From NCBI RefSeq assembly GCF_056712565.1, contig NZ_CM160072.1: DNA of 64,000 bases; one strand, written 5' to 3'. Below are positions 12,727 through 24,873 of the stretch, in pieces. Within the stretch, counting starts at the first letter, position 1, and each line of letters starts with the position of its first letter. Under the pieces are notes generated by a model. The model was given only the letters and a program-made list of their open reading frames with translations. It was not told the origin of the DNA and made no database searches. A program made the translations under genes and the position numbers.

Positions 12727-13150
12727 GCAAAATGCTCCGGTTTCATGTCGTCAAAATGATGACGTAATTAAGCATTGATAATTGAGATCCCTCTCCCTGA
12801 CAGGATGATTGCATAAATAATAGTGATAAAAATAAATTATTTATTTATCCAGAAAATGAATTGAAAAATCAGGAGAGCATTTTCAATCCTACCTCTGGCG
12901 CAGGTGATATGTAAGGCGGTGATGTTATATCGCGTTGATTATTGATGCTGTTTTTAGTTTTAACGGCAATTAATATATATGTTATTAATTGAATGACTTT
13001 TATTATTCATTATATATATGTGTAGAATTGTGCGCAGGAGAAATATTCACTCAGGAAGTTATTACTCAGGAAGCAAAGAGGATTACAGAATTATCTCATA
13101 ACAAGTGTTAAGGGATGTTATTTCCCGGTTCTCTGTGGCATAATAAACGA

Positions 13151-13357
13151 GTAGATGCTCATTCCATCTCTTATGTTCGCCTTAGTGCCTCATAAACTCC
13201 GGAATGACGCAGAGCCGTTTACGGTGCTTATCGTCCACTGACAGATGTCGCTTATGCCTCATCAGACACCATGGACACAACGTTGAGTGAAGCACCCACT
13301 TGTTGTCATACAGACCTGTTTTAACGCCTGCTCCGTAATAAGAGCAGGCGTTTTTTT
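13151..13357 (+). ncRNA. glmZ: small RNA GlmZ
   Basis: Sequence recognised as GlmZ (begins GTAGATGCTCATTCC), ending in intrinsic terminator aacgcctgctc-cgtaataa-gagcaggcgtttttttt; aslA-hemY intergenic location; TGgCATAAT extended -10 just upstream. Confidence 0.85.
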
Positions 13358-13404
13358 ATATATCAGAAAGGCCCCGGAGGTGCTTGCCTCCGGGTGAGAA
13401 AGAG

Positions 13405-14601
13405 CTACTGTGGCGGGTTGTTCTGCAACGTTAACATCAAACCGTCGCGACGCATCGCTGCGGCTTCTTCCGGCTTGTGCAGTCTGTCCAGCGCGTCGGC
13501 AAGCCATGCGTAATCGTAGGCGTCCGGACGTTGTTTCAGCGCTGCGCGGAAGGCGAGCGATGCTTCCTGCCATTCTCCGTGTTTCATCAGCGACTGACCC
13601 AGTGTGCTCCACAACAGCGGGCGATCGCCCACGTTTTTGATCTGTTGGCGCAGCACTTTTTCCAGCTGTTCCGGGTTATTGGTTTTCAGACGCGGGATCG
13701 GCAGCAGCAGGCGATCGTCATACTGGCGTTTCAGGCCATCGATGATAATTTGCTGGGCAGTATCATGATCGTCACACTCAATAAGATGTTCCGCCATTGC
13801 CACCTGCAAGGCCACCTGATGACGCGTTTTCCGGCTTTGGTTTTTCCACCAGTTACGCAAACCTTCACTACCGTTATCGGCACGCGCCTGATCCATCAGG
13901 CCAATCCATGCCTGTTGTTCCAGCATTGCACGATGTTCTTCATCACCAACATGGGCTTTCGCCATTGATGGGATGATATCCAGCAGCGAACTCCATGCAC
14001 CAGTGCGGATATACGCCTGTTCCGCCAGACGTAATACTTCCGGATGGCGTGGCGTAACTTCCAGCAGCTTATCCACGCCGTGACGTGCTGCATGGTTTTC
14101 ATTACGGGCCAGTTGCAGACGTACACGGGTGATTTCTACCGGAATGGTGTCATTGCCGGCCAGCTCCGCTGCGCGTTCCAGATGTTGGTTGGCGCGTGCT
14201 TCATCACCACGTTGTTGCGCGGCTTCGGCTGCCAGTAGATAGTTCACCACCGGTTGTTCAGCGTGATCGGCATTTTTCGCCATCAGCTTTTCAACTTGCT
14301 GATAATCGCCTTCCGCCAGTTTCAGCAGCGCCTGTTCGGTCTGCTTACGTGCACGGCGACGCTTACGTCCGACAAACCACCCACGGGTGTGCGCGCCTGT
14401 GCGGAAGATTCGCCGCAGTAGCCACTCAATGGCAAACAGCACTACCATCGCCAGAATCAAAATAATCGCGAGGCCCGTGACGCTGGTTTCAATATTGTAG
14501 TTGTCGGTCTGGATCAGCACGTAACCCTGATGGCCGGCAATCATCGGGCCAACCACGATCCCCGCAATCAGCAACACAAAGAGCAATAACACTTTTAGCA
14601 T
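13405..14601 (-). CDS. hemY: HemY (TPR-containing heme biosynthesis-associated protein)
   Basis: 398 aa; N-terminal TM segments; hemCDXY operon synteny. Confidence 0.85.
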   Translation of the reverse strand: MLKVLLLFVLLIAGIVVGPMIAGHQGYVLIQTDNYNIETSVTGLAIILILAMVVLFAIEWLLRRIFRTGAHTRGWFVGRKRRRARKQTEQALLKLAEGDYQQVEKLMAKNADHAEQPVVNYLLAAEAAQQRGDEARANQHLERAAELAGNDTIPVEITRVRLQLARNENHAARHGVDKLLEVTPRHPEVLRLAEQAYIRTGAWSSLLDIIPSMAKAHVGDEEHRAMLEQQAWIGLMDQARADNGSEGLRNWWKNQSRKTRHQVALQVAMAEHLIECDDHDTAQQIIIDGLKRQYDDRLLLPIPRLKTNNPEQLEKVLRQQIKNVGDRPLLWSTLGQSLMKHGEWQEASLAFRAALKQRPDAYDYAWLADALDRLHKPEEAAAMRRDGLMLTLQNNPPQ

Positions 14602-14603
14602 GG

Positions 14604-15797
14604 TTATTCTCCTTGCGGCGCGGCTGCCGGAGCATCAGCTTGCGGTGCAGGTGCAGGTGCAGGTGCAGGTTTAGCTTCCGTTGTCCCTGCTGCCGGTTGT
14701 GCCAGCAGGTTACGCACGCGGGTCTGCATCAATTTTTCCAGCATCGCCTGGCTTTGCAGGGTTTCCGGAAGATCCATCGAGATATTTTGCTGGCTTAACT
14801 GGTCCACCTCGTCGAGGAACGCTTTGGTGGTGGCATCATCAGTATCGTAGTAAGCACGTACCCAGGTGGAGACGTTCTCCAGCGCCTGGCGATAAGTCTC
14901 TTCCTGGTGACGCGGTACAGCTTGTGCTGCGACCAGCAGGCGAGAGCGAATATTTTCGCGCAGATAGATATCCTGATTTGGCGCTAACAGCGGTACGGCG
15001 GTGTCATCACGACGGCGAATCGTAATGAAGTTGTCCATAAAGTTCTGCCAGCTTTTTTGCAGATTGATACGCCATTCGCTGATGGAACTGGAAAGCTCTT
15101 CACCGTCGGAATCCATCGGCGAACCATCGCTGTCATTATCGGCCAGACGCAGATTATCTACCTGATTTGAAAGCTGATTAAGCTTAAGGATGATACCGTC
15201 ATAATCCACCTGCGATACCGCAGAAAGGCTGGCGATATCATCGGTAATTGCCCGGCGAACGGTAATCAGACTCGGGTCATTCATATCCGCCAGGCTGGCG
15301 TCTGCACTTTTCAGCAACGCTGCAGCGGTCGTGACGTCCTGATCGCTCCACAGCTTCCGTCCGGCGAGTTTCACCAGAAAATCGGCCTGGGCCAGCAGCC
15401 AGGTTTTAGCATCGCTGCCGGAAATGGTGGCGACCTTTTGTTGGACTTCATCCAGCTGTTTTGCCAGCGTTTCTTGCTGACGATTCGCCTGCTCAAGCTG
15501 TACAGCTTGTTGCTTGATAATGCCTTCCAGCTCGGCTTTTTGGCTCTCCTGGGCTTTTTGCAGTGCCGTAAGTTGGTTAGCCAGGGCATCGCTGGTGGCA
15601 GTCTGATTGACGGCCTGTTGTTTACCCCAGCCATACAAACCGACGCCCGCCGCCAGAGCAATAGCGATAGCCACCGCGCTGAGAATCAATGCGGTATTGT
15701 TCTTACTCTTTTTTTCTGTTGCGACAGGTTGTGACGTGGTGTCCACGGCCTCCCTGGTCTCTTCAACCACGGCGGAGGTTTTTTCTTGTTCCGTCAT
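14604..15797 (-). CDS. hemX: HemX
   Basis: 397 aa with coiled-coil and C-terminal Pro-Ala repeat; synteny. Confidence 0.8.
   Translation of the reverse strand: MTEQEKTSAVVEETREAVDTTSQPVATEKKSKNNTALILSAVAIAIALAAGVGLYGWGKQQAVNQTATSDALANQLTALQKAQESQKAELEGIIKQQAVQLEQANRQQETLAKQLDEVQQKVATISGSDAKTWLLAQADFLVKLAGRKLWSDQDVTTAAALLKSADASLADMNDPSLITVRRAITDDIASLSAVSQVDYDGIILKLNQLSNQVDNLRLADNDSDGSPMDSDGEELSSSISEWRINLQKSWQNFMDNFITIRRRDDTAVPLLAPNQDIYLRENIRSRLLVAAQAVPRHQEETYRQALENVSTWVRAYYDTDDATTKAFLDEVDQLSQQNISMDLPETLQSQAMLEKLMQTRVRNLLAQPAAGTTEAKPAPAPAPAPQADAPAAAPQGE
14641..14670. repeat. hexanucleotide tandem repeat (GCAGGT x4 plus one variant) inside hemX
   Basis: tgcggt gcaggt gcaggt gcaggt gcaggt; encodes PAPAPAPA on the minus strand. 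Confidence 0.7.
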
Positions 15798-15818
15798 TAT
15801 GGCTTCCTGTTATGAGAG

Positions 15819-16559
15819 TTATTGTAATGCCCGTAAAAGCGCATCGTTGTCAGCGTTATCGGCGACCTTAATGTCTTGCCAGCCCAGTTCCCGGGCGAGT
15901 TTCGCCAAACGCTCACTGACGACCAATAGTCGACAGCGTAGTAACCAGTGCTCACGATACCATTGTGGGATCAGCGACCAGAGTTGCTGCAACATTTCAC
16001 CGCTGGTAACAACGACCGTCGTCACCTCGCGGGATTGCCAGCGCATCGCTTCTTCTGCACCATCGTAATGGATTGCGCATCGTTGATAACATTCACAAAA
16101 AGTGACCTCAGCACCGCGCGCCGTCAGGGAATCCCCAATTAGCTCACGACCGCCATTGCCACGTAATATCAGCGCACGTTTGCCCGCAATATTTTGTAAT
16201 TCAGGTAATTGTAGCAAGACTTCGCTGATTTCCCGATCCTGCGGGTAGAGAATCTTCTGTCCGCTTACGGTATGTAGTGCCAGCGCGGTGGTGCGTCCAA
16301 TGGCGAAATAATCAGGTAGTCGGGGCCATTTACGATCTTGCTGATGCAGCTGTGATTGGGCAAAAGCAACCGCGTGTTGCGAGAGGGCAAACAACAGATC
16401 GCTCTCTCCCAGCGCTGCCAGTTGATCAGCAAGTTGCGGTAATTGTCGACCCGGAGAAAACTCAATCAGCGGAAAATGCCAGGCCACCTGCCCCAGTGTG
16501 CGCAGACGGCTCACTAACTCTTCTCCTGCGGGAGACGGGCGGGTGACCAGGATACTCAT
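15819..16559 (-). CDS. hemD: uroporphyrinogen-III synthase
   Basis: 246 aa; 4-nt overlap with hemC; synteny. Confidence 0.85.
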   Translation of the reverse strand: MSILVTRPSPAGEELVSRLRTLGQVAWHFPLIEFSPGRQLPQLADQLAALGESDLLFALSQHAVAFAQSQLHQQDRKWPRLPDYFAIGRTTALALHTVSGQKILYPQDREISEVLLQLPELQNIAGKRALILRGNGGRELIGDSLTARGAEVTFCECYQRCAIHYDGAEEAMRWQSREVTTVVVTSGEMLQQLWSLIPQWYREHWLLRCRLLVVSERLAKLARELGWQDIKVADNADNDALLRALQ

Positions 16560-17497
16560 GCCGGGGCGTCTCCGTTATAGACTTCAGCGAGGATCTCGCG
16601 CGCGCCGTTATTCAGTAGCTCTTCTGCCAGCGAAATCCCCATTTGTTCGGCATCTTGCGGCGCACCGCGGCGTTCACCGCGAATAATCTGCGAACCGTCC
16701 GGCGCGCCGACCAACGCACGCAGCCAGATTTCGCCATCAATAAGCTCGGCGTAGCTACCAATTGGCACCTGACATCCGCCTTCGAGACGGGTATTCATGG
16801 CGCGTTCGGCGGTAACGCGCAGTGCAGTTTCGTGGTGATTCAGCGCGGCGAGCAGCTCGCGAGTGCGTGCATCATCAAGGCGGCATTCAATGCCCACCGC
16901 ACCTTGCCCTACCGCCGGAAGAGAAATCTCGGGTGGCAACGCGGCGCGAATGCGGGACTCCAGACCTAAACGTTTTAGTCCGGCTACGGCAAGAATGATG
17001 GCATCATATTCGCCGTTATCCAGTTTGCTCAGACGAGTGCCGACGTTGCCGCGCAGGGAGCGGATAATCAGATCCGGGCGGCGTTCAGCCAGTTGGCACT
17101 GGCGACGTAAACTGGACGTCCCGACGATACTGCCTGCCGGTAACGCATCCAGACTGTCATAGGTGTTGGATACAAAGGCATCGCGGGGATCTTCGCGCTT
17201 GCAAATGGTGACCAGCCCCAGACCTTGCGGGAATTCAACCGGCACATCTTTCATTGAATGTACGGCGATATCGGCGCGATTTTCGAGGAGCGCGACTTCC
17301 AGCTCTTTCACAAATAAGCCTTTTCCGCCTACTTTCGCCAGCGGCGTATCAAGAATCACATCGCCGCGCGTCACCATCGGTACCAGTTCAACGACCAGGC
17401 CCGGATGGCTCGCCATCAACTTGTCTTTGACATAGTGTGCCTGCCAGAGTGCAAGTGGGCTTTGGCGTGTGGCAATTCTTAAAACATTGTCTAACAT
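16556..17497 (-). CDS. hemC: porphobilinogen deaminase (hydroxymethylbilane synthase)
   Basis: Start placed at [14 protein letters not shown] (313 aa), 7 codons inside the ORF-track start. Confidence 0.85.
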   Translation of the reverse strand: MLDNVLRIATRQSPLALWQAHYVKDKLMASHPGLVVELVPMVTRGDVILDTPLAKVGGKGLFVKELEVALLENRADIAVHSMKDVPVEFPQGLGLVTICKREDPRDAFVSNTYDSLDALPAGSIVGTSSLRRQCQLAERRPDLIIRSLRGNVGTRLSKLDNGEYDAIILAVAGLKRLGLESRIRAALPPEISLPAVGQGAVGIECRLDDARTRELLAALNHHETALRVTAERAMNTRLEGGCQVPIGSYAELIDGEIWLRALVGAPDGSQIIRGERRGAPQDAEQMGISLAEELLNNGAREILAEVYNGDAPA

Positions 17498-17883
17498 GCT
17501 TGTTACCGTCATTATCATCCGTGGTCCATCCTAACATCCTTGCCAGAGCGATGTCAGTGTTGTGGTGAAACGTAGACGCCTGCGCAAACCGTAAAATGAG
17601 GTCTGGCAGTGGATCCTGACAGGCGCTTTGAGCCTTCGTAATAAGGAATTTACAGAGAATAAACGGTGCTACACTTGTATGTAGCGCATCTTTCTTTACG
17701 GTCAATCAGCAAGGTGTTAAATTGATCACGTTTTAGACCATTTTTTCGTCGTGAAACTAAAAAAACCAGGCGCGAAAAGTGGTAACGGTTACCTTTGACA
17801 TACGAAATATCCCGAATGCCGCGTGTTACCGTTGATGTTGGCGGAATCACAGTCATGACGGGTAGCAAATCAGGCGATACGTC

Positions 17884-20430
17884 TTGTACCTCTATATTGA
17901 GACTCTGAAACAGAGACTGGATGCCATAAATCAATTGCGTGTGGATCGCGCGCTTGCTGCTATGGGGCCTGCATTCCAACAGGTCTACAGTCTACTGCCG
18001 ACATTGTTGCACTATCACCATCCGCTAATGCCGGGTTACCTTGATGGTAACGTTCCCAAAGGCATTTGCCTTTACACGCCTGATGAAACTCAACGCCACT
18101 ACCTGAACGAGCTTGAACTGTATCGTGGAATGTCAGTACAGGACCCACCGAAAGGTGAGCTTCCAATTACTGGTGTATACACCATGGGCAGCACCTCGTC
18201 CGTAGGGCAAAGTTGTTCCTCTGACCTGGATATCTGGGTCTGTCATCAATCCTGGCTCGATAGCGAAGAGCGCCAGTTGCTACAACGTAAATGTAGTCTG
18301 CTGGAAAGCTGGGCCGCCTCGCTGGGTGTGGAAGTCAGCTTCTTCCTGATTGATGAAAACCGCTTCCGTCATAATGAAAGCGGCAGCCTGGGGGGCGAAG
18401 ATTGTGGCTCCACCCAGCATATACTGCTGCTTGACGAATTTTATCGTACCGCCGTGCGTCTCGCCGGTAAGCGTATTCTGTGGAATATGGTGCCGTGCGA
18501 CGAAGAAGAGCATTACGACGACTATGTGATGACGCTTTACGCGCAGGGCGTGTTGACGCCAAATGAATGGCTGGATCTTGGTGGCTTAAGCTCGCTTTCT
18601 GCTGAAGAGTACTTTGGTGCCAGCCTTTGGCAGCTCTACAAGAGTATCGATTCCCCATACAAAGCGGTGCTGAAAACACTGCTGCTGGAAGCCTATTCCT
18701 GGGAATACCCGAACCCACGTCTGCTGGCGAAAGATATCAAACAGCGTTTGCACGACGGCGAAATAGTGTCGTTTGGTCTCGACCCGTATTGCATGATGCT
18801 GGAGCGCGTCACTGAATATCTGACGGCGATCGAAGATTTTACTCGTCTGGATTTAGTTCGCCGATGCTTCTATTTAAAAGTTTGCGAAAAACTCAGCCGT
18901 GAACGCGCCTGCGTAGGCTGGCGTCGTGAAGTGTTAAGCCAGTTGGTGAAAGAGTGGGAATGGGACGATGCTCGTCTGGCGATGCTTGATAATCGCGCTA
19001 ACTGGAAGATTGATCAGGTGCGTGAGGCGCACAACGAGTTGCTCGACGCGATGATGCAGAGCTACCGCAATCTGATCCGCTTTGCGCGTCGCAATAACCT
19101 TAGCGTTTCCGCCAGCCCGCAGGATATCGGTGTTCTGACACGTAAACTGTACGCCGCGTTTGAAGCGTTACCGGGTAAAGTGACGCTGGTAAACCCGCAG
19201 ATTTCACCCGATCTCTCGGAACCGAATCTGACCTTTATTTATGTGCCGCCGGGCCGGGCTAACCGTTCAGGTTGGTATCTGTATAACCGCGCGCCAAATA
19301 TTGAGTCGATCATCAGCCATCAGCCGCTGGAATATAACCGTTACCTGAATAAACTGGTGGCGTGGGCATGGTTTAACGGCCTGCTGACCTCGCGCACCCG
19401 CTTGTATATTAAAGGTAACGGCATTGTCGATTTGCCTAAGTTGCAGGAGATGGTCGCCGACGTGTCGCACCATTTCCCGCTGCGCTTACCTGCACCGACA
19501 CCGAAGGCGCTCTACAGCCCGTGTGAGATCCGCCATCTGGCGATTATCGTTAACCTGGAATATGACCCGACAGCTGCGTTCCGCAATCAGGTGGTGCATT
19601 TTGATTTCCGTAAGCTGGATGTCTTCAGCTTTGGCGAGAATCAAAATTGCCTGGTAGGTAGCGTTGACCTGCTGTATCGCAACTCGTGGAACGAAGTGCG
19701 TACGCTGCACTTCAACGGCGAGCAATCGATGATCGAAGCCCTGAAAACTATTCTCGGCAAAATGCATCAGGACGCCGCGCCGCCAGATAGCGTGGAAGTC
19801 TTCTGTTATAGCCAGCATCTGCGCGGCTTAATCCGTACTCGCGTGCAGCAACTGGTTTCTGAGTGTATTGAACTGCGTCTTTCCAGCACCCGCCAGGAAA
19901 CCGGGCGCTTCAAGGCGCTGCGCGTCTCCGGTCAAACCTGGGGCTTGTTCTTCGAACGGCTGAATGTCTCGGTACAGAAACTGGAAAACGCCATCGAGTT
20001 TTATGGCGCTATTTCGCATAACAAACTGCACGGCCTGTCAGTGCAGGTTGAAACCAATCACGTCAAATTACCGGCGGTGGTGGACGGCTTTGCCAGCGAA
20101 GGGATCATCCAGTTTTTCTTCGAAGAAACGCAAGACGAGAATGGCTTTAATATCTACATTCTCGACGAAAGCAACCGGGTTGAGGTGTATCACCACTGCG
20201 AAGGCAGCAAAGAGGAACTGGTGCGTGACGTCAGTCGCTTCTACTCGTCTTCGCACGACCGTTTCACCTACGGCTCAAGCTTCATCAACTTCAACCTGCC
20301 GCAGTTCTATCAGATTGTGAAGGTTGATGGTCGTGAACAGGTGATTCCGTTTCGCACCAAATCTATCGGTAACATGCCACCTGCCAATCAGGAGCATGAC
20401 GCGCCGCTGTTGCAGCAGTATTTTTCGTGA
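17884..20430 (+). CDS. cyaA: adenylate cyclase (class I)
   Basis: 848 aa; TTG initiation codon at 17884; N-terminal [17 protein letters not shown]. Confidence 0.9.
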   Translation: MYLYIETLKQRLDAINQLRVDRALAAMGPAFQQVYSLLPTLLHYHHPLMPGYLDGNVPKGICLYTPDETQRHYLNELELYRGMSVQDPPKGELPITGVYTMGSTSSVGQSCSSDLDIWVCHQSWLDSEERQLLQRKCSLLESWAASLGVEVSFFLIDENRFRHNESGSLGGEDCGSTQHILLLDEFYRTAVRLAGKRILWNMVPCDEEEHYDDYVMTLYAQGVLTPNEWLDLGGLSSLSAEEYFGASLWQLYKSIDSPYKAVLKTLLLEAYSWEYPNPRLLAKDIKQRLHDGEIVSFGLDPYCMMLERVTEYLTAIEDFTRLDLVRRCFYLKVCEKLSRERACVGWRREVLSQLVKEWEWDDARLAMLDNRANWKIDQVREAHNELLDAMMQSYRNLIRFARRNNLSVSASPQDIGVLTRKLYAAFEALPGKVTLVNPQISPDLSEPNLTFIYVPPGRANRSGWYLYNRAPNIESIISHQPLEYNRYLNKLVAWAWFNGLLTSRTRLYIKGNGIVDLPKLQEMVADVSHHFPLRLPAPTPKALYSPCEIRHLAIIVNLEYDPTAAFRNQVVHFDFRKLDVFSFGENQNCLVGSVDLLYRNSWNEVRTLHFNGEQSMIEALKTILGKMHQDAAPPDSVEVFCYSQHLRGLIRTRVQQLVSECIELRLSSTRQETGRFKALRVSGQTWGLFFERLNVSVQKLENAIEFYGAISHNKLHGLSVQVETNHVKLPAVVDGFASEGIIQFFFEETQDENGFNIYILDESNRVEVYHHCEGSKEELVRDVSRFYSSSHDRFTYGSSFINFNLPQFYQIVKVDGREQVIPFRTKSIGNMPPANQEHDAPLLQQYFS

Positions 20431-20469
20431 TGAAAGTGCCGGAAAGCGAGGCTTATCCGGCATGCAATC

Positions 20470-20790
20470 TTAGCGGAAACTAACTGTTTCACCCGCCTGC
20501 TGCGTCGCCGCCTGTTCCAGCAAATCCCAGAAGGTTTCACCGCTACGATCGCAAATCCACTCGTCGCCTTTCAGATCAAAATGGTAGCCACCCTGTTTGG
20601 TTGCCAGCCACACCTGGTGCAGTGGTTCCTGGCGGTTGATAATGATTTTGCTGCCGTTCTCAAAGGTAATGGTTAGTACACCGCCGTTGATTTCACAGTC
20701 GATATCGCTGTCGCCATCCCAGTCGTCCAGATGTTCTTCAATGGTCAGCCACAGTTGATCAGCCAGGCGATGAAATTCACTGTCGTTCAT
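20470..20790 (-). CDS. cyaY: frataxin homolog CyaY
   Basis: 106 aa; convergent with cyaA. Confidence 0.9.
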
Positions 20791-20837
20791 TGTTGTATCC
20801 TGTTTTTAAGTGATGGCGGCAGTATAGCGGCATGGGG

Positions 20838-22154
20838 TCAGGGCTTCAAAGTTTGCCCGTCTGCTGCTGCGTTCCGGCATGATTCATCCGTCACCGGAAT
20901 AATAATGTCGCTGTTATGAATTTCACGGACATTCTCTTCTCTGACGCGTGTTTTCGCCGGGCAGTGGGAGGGCGTAATCCTTACCTCTGTATCAGTCCAG
21001 GTATAAACATTGCGATCGTCATAAGCGAAGCGATCGTTTTTAGTTAGCGGACCGTTAACTGGAATAATTTGCACGCTCTTGCGTGACCGTAATTGGCGGA
21101 TAAAGTAAGCATGTTGTTTGCCGCTATTAAATGAGTCATCAATGACCAGGTCTGGCGTATCCAGCGGGATTATCTCAAGCTGGTCTTCACCAAAAGTCGA
21201 TAATTTTGTTACATACAGTCGATCTTTATACTGCGCAATATTGTCAGTAATCAGATGAAATTGTTCAGGTTCAATACCCGGTAGGTCTATCCACTTGCTC
21301 CACTGACGGTCGGGCGTGAGCTGTTTACGCCAGCGAACGCGACTTTCCCCTACTTCAAAAGAGACGTCATCATCTACGGGTATCGCTTTGCCAGATAATT
21401 GACCAAAGGGATAACGATGCAGACCCTTATTGTCGCGAAAAACCAGCAGTGAATGAGGTATCCAGCGAATTATCTCAAATGAGTCTGCATTCGCCGTAAG
21501 GTGAGCGCCATTTAAATAAATATTCTGCCCACTGCGGATAAGCAGATCATTGGAATACAAATTTCTGTTTACACTCATAAGACGTGGATTAATACCCCAC
21601 CATCTTTTTTCTAATACAGTAACATTACTGCTGCTCCCCTGACGTCGACCGGACAAGTAGAGATTTTTACTATCCACCAGCGTGGTAGAGTTACCTTCGA
21701 TAGCTTTTAGTGTCGCCAGATCAACACGTGACGCGCCGCTATTACTTTCGGTACGCTGTCCGTCAAAATAGAGGCTATATTTATCGACCGCGAAGCGGCC
21801 CATAGCCTGAAAGCTGGCAATATCGACAGTGGGTGTTCCCGGTGGATTGCTAACGATTTTGCCACGCCAGAGAATAACGTGGCCGTCTGTCACCCAGTGA
21901 TATTCCTCATTTTCTATGCTTATTTCATCGGAAGGTATATAACCCGTCTTCCCAGAGATATTTTTCACAAGGCGCAAATCGGCCCTGTTCATCTCCGGAA
22001 ATTGGGCAATGATTTTCTTATCCCCCCAATAACCTTTACCGTAAGACATGACACTGTGATCATTGTAATAGTCGAACCCTATGGCCTGTACAGGAGGTGT
22101 CAGAAATGTGTTCCCCAACAGGATGAGTGCAACTGTGATTATTTGACCATTCAT
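20838..22154 (-). CDS. secreted repeat protein with recurring D-K/R-x-(L/V/I)-Y motifs (DKNYY-like), function unknown
   Basis: 438 aa; N-terminal signal peptide; motifs DKYSLYFDG, KNLYLSG, QNIYLNG, DRLYVTK, DRNVYTW; not in K-12 gene order as I recall it. Confidence 0.6.
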   Translation of the reverse strand: MNGQIITVALILLGNTFLTPPVQAIGFDYYNDHSVMSYGKGYWGDKKIIAQFPEMNRADLRLVKNISGKTGYIPSDEISIENEEYHWVTDGHVILWRGKIVSNPPGTPTVDIASFQAMGRFAVDKYSLYFDGQRTESNSGASRVDLATLKAIEGNSTTLVDSKNLYLSGRRQGSSSNVTVLEKRWWGINPRLMSVNRNLYSNDLLIRSGQNIYLNGAHLTANADSFEIIRWIPHSLLVFRDNKGLHRYPFGQLSGKAIPVDDDVSFEVGESRVRWRKQLTPDRQWSKWIDLPGIEPEQFHLITDNIAQYKDRLYVTKLSTFGEDQLEIIPLDTPDLVIDDSFNSGKQHAYFIRQLRSRKSVQIIPVNGPLTKNDRFAYDDRNVYTWTDTEVRITPSHCPAKTRVREENVREIHNSDIIIPVTDESCRNAAADGQTLKP

Positions 22155-23650
22155 TTTGTTGCCTCATTGCGTGGGGCAGGAATAAATTCGCCGTCATCGG
22201 TAATTTTTCCGTCCAGATATCCCGTTTTGTAATTTACGCCATAGCCATATCCCGAATGTTGTTCCTTCCAGATTAAGCGAACTTGTTTCGGATCAGCGGT
22301 GCGGTATCGCCAGAGCTGCGCGCCATCAAAGCTGTAAACGTAGCGGTTATCGCGGGCATACCATCTGCGCAAAAAGGGATGGTCATTAAGATGGGCTTCG
22401 CGTTCATCCGGAGAGCGGTTATCCAGTAAGATCAGCGGTCCGTCAGATTCAAACACGTGTAAACTGGAATGGTTTACCCACCCTTCGGCACGCGTAAGTA
22501 AATAGCCGTGGCGTTTCCCGGCGTTGAAACGTTTGTTGATAATAAGATTGGGGTCATCGAGTTTTACGATCTCCAACTTGCGGTCACCAGACTCTGTTTC
22601 GATGATGGTATAAAGCGAATCCTGATACTGGGCGACAGCATCACTGATGGGGTGGAACTGTTCAGGATCGAGTCCGGATAATTCTTCCTGTTTACAAGCA
22701 GGCCCTTTACGCCAGAACACTTTCTTTTCCTGCAGAGAAAAATCCAGACAGTGCTTTGTTAAATCTTCATCCCACGCCAGATTTTCCTTGTCGAGGACTT
22801 TACGCTACAGCCCGTTTTTATCACGCCAGGTGAAGAGTGAGCCGGGCATCCAGCGCACGACGGAAAAGGTGTCCGGGTCGGCATCCAGTTGTTCTCCGTT
22901 GATCATGATTTTCGTCTGTGTGCGGGCTAGCGTATCCCAGGGGCCAAATGGGGCAGGAAGGCAGGGATTAAATGCTGTAGAGAATTTACCGCGCTGATCC
23001 CATGACTTTTGAGCCAGTACCGTAAAGGTGTCGGGATCATCAAGGCGCTGACCATTTGCGTAAAGATAGTGCTTGTCACGGAGAATCAAACCTAGCCAGT
23101 CTGGTTTCCATTGCGGGTTAAATTCTACCTGACGCAACGTTCGGCGGTTTAGTTGCTGGTTGCTATCGGTGCGTTTGCCTTCGTAATAGAGGCTGTACTT
23201 ATCTGCGGCAAAATCACCCCATGCCTGAAATGACGAGATATCGACTGGCGGTGTGCCTGGAGGGTTTTGCACAATCTCGCCAGCGTAGAGAATAGCGCGA
23301 CCATCGCTATAGTAAGAGTAATGGGGAAGAGTTGCGTTTGCGCCGCTGTAGACAACGTCTGTCATGAGATTGGTAGCCGGGGGCACCGTTTCCCAATCCT
23401 CCAGTTTGGTTGGGTCAATTAGCAAATTCGGTAACAGACGCAGACGCTTGTAGTTAATCTGCGGTAGCGAAAGATTGGTCTTTTCATAAGGGCGCAAATA
23501 CACCACGCCTTTTCCCTGTTTCTGGTAAATATTATGTTCCGGCTCATCAAGCCGACATCCCCATGCCGACGATAAAAACAACGAACAAGACAATAAACAA
23601 ACCACATTGCGATAGTGCATAAAGCCATCCTGGCGCGAGGTGCCGATCAC
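22151..23650 (-). pseudogene. paralog of the adjacent DKNYY-like gene interrupted by one in-frame TAG (minus-strand codon at 22805..22807)
   Basis: ORFs 22805..23650 and 22151..22720 are in the same frame; read-through joins them without further stops and the product aligns along the neighbouring 438 aa protein (EPEQFH, DKYSLY blocks). Confidence 0.6.
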
Positions 23651-23808
23651 GAAACTACCAGCAAAACATAAATCCCCACGTGTAAGCGTTATACTCGCAG
23701 CATTTCCTCACTTTTCAGACTTCATAAAGAGTCGCTAAACGCTTGCTTTTACGCCTTCTCCTGCGATGATAGAAAGCAGAAAGCGATGAACTTTACAGGC
23801 AATCCATA

Positions 23809-24012
23809 ATGAAAAACGTGTTTAAGGCACTCACTGTATTACTTACTCTCTTCAGCCTGACGGGCTGCGGTCTGAAAGGTCCGCTCTATTTCCCGCCTGC
23901 AGATAAAAACGCACCGCCGCCGACCAAACCGGTAGAGACGCAAACGCAATCCACGGTGCCGGACAAAAACGACCGCGCCACTGGCGATGGTCCATCCCAG
24001 GTGAATTACTAA
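23809..24012 (+). CDS. yifL: small lipoprotein YifL
   Basis: 67 aa; lipobox LTGC; immediately upstream of dapF. Confidence 0.8.
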   Translation: MKNVFKALTVLLTLFSLTGCGLKGPLYFPPADKNAPPPTKPVETQTQSTVPDKNDRATGDGPSQVNY

Positions 24013-24048
24013 AAGTCAGTTTCTGTACCCGCGTGATTGGAGTAAATG

Positions 24049-24873
24049 ATGCAGTTCTCGAAAATGCATGGCCTTGGCAACGATTTTATGGTCGTCGACG
24101 CGGTAACGCAGAATGTCTTTTTTTCACCGGAGCTGATTCGTCGCCTGGCGGATCGGCACCTGGGGGTAGGGTTTGACCAATTGCTGGTGGTTGAGCCGCC
24201 GTATGATCCTGAACTGGATTTTCACTATCGCATTTTCAATGCTGATGGCAGTGAAGTGGCGCAGTGCGGCAACGGCGCGCGCTGCTTTGCCCGTTTTGTG
24301 CGCCTGAAAGGGCTGACCAATAAGCGCGATATCCGCGTCAGCACCGCCAACGGGCGGATGGTTCTGACCGTCACCGATGATGATCTGGTCCGCGTAAATA
24401 TGGGCGAACCCAACTTCGAACCTTCCGCCGTGCCGTTTCGCGCTAACAAAGCGGAAAAGACCTATATTATGCGCGCCGCCGAGCAGACAATCTTATGCGG
24501 CGTGGTGTCGATGGGAAATCCACATTGCGTGATTCAGGTCGATGATGTCGATACCGCTGCGGTAGAAACGCTTGGTCCTGTTCTGGAAAGCCACGAACGT
24601 TTCCCGGAGCGCGCCAATATCGGTTTTATGCAAGTGGTTAAGCGCGAGCATATTCGTTTACGCGTTTATGAGCGTGGGGCAGGAGAAACCCAGGCCTGCG
24701 GCAGCGGCGCGTGTGCGGCGGTTGCAGTAGGGATCCAGCAAGGTTTGCTGGCCGAAGAAGTACGCGTGGAGCTCCCCGGCGGTCGTCTTGATATCGCCTG
24801 GAAAGGTCCGGGTCACCCGTTATATATGACTGGCCCGGCGGTACATGTCTACGACGGATTTATTCATCTATGA
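24049..24873 (+). CDS. dapF: diaminopimelate epimerase
   Basis: Start at [13 protein letters not shown] (274 aa); two catalytic Cys motifs (GNGARC, GSGACA). Confidence 0.9.

Noticed and set aside
12900-13100. Short direct repeat actcaggaag x2 upstream of glmZ
   Set aside because: Too short and isolated in an AT-rich promoter region to interpret
13100-13150. Possible sigma54 promoter for glmZ
   Set aside because: A TGGCA is present but no TTGC-like -12 element at the right spacing; a sigma70 extended -10 fits better
14641-14670. CRISPR-like repeat array
   Set aside because: Only a short hexanucleotide microsatellite inside hemX; no repeat-spacer architecture or cas genes anywhere in the window
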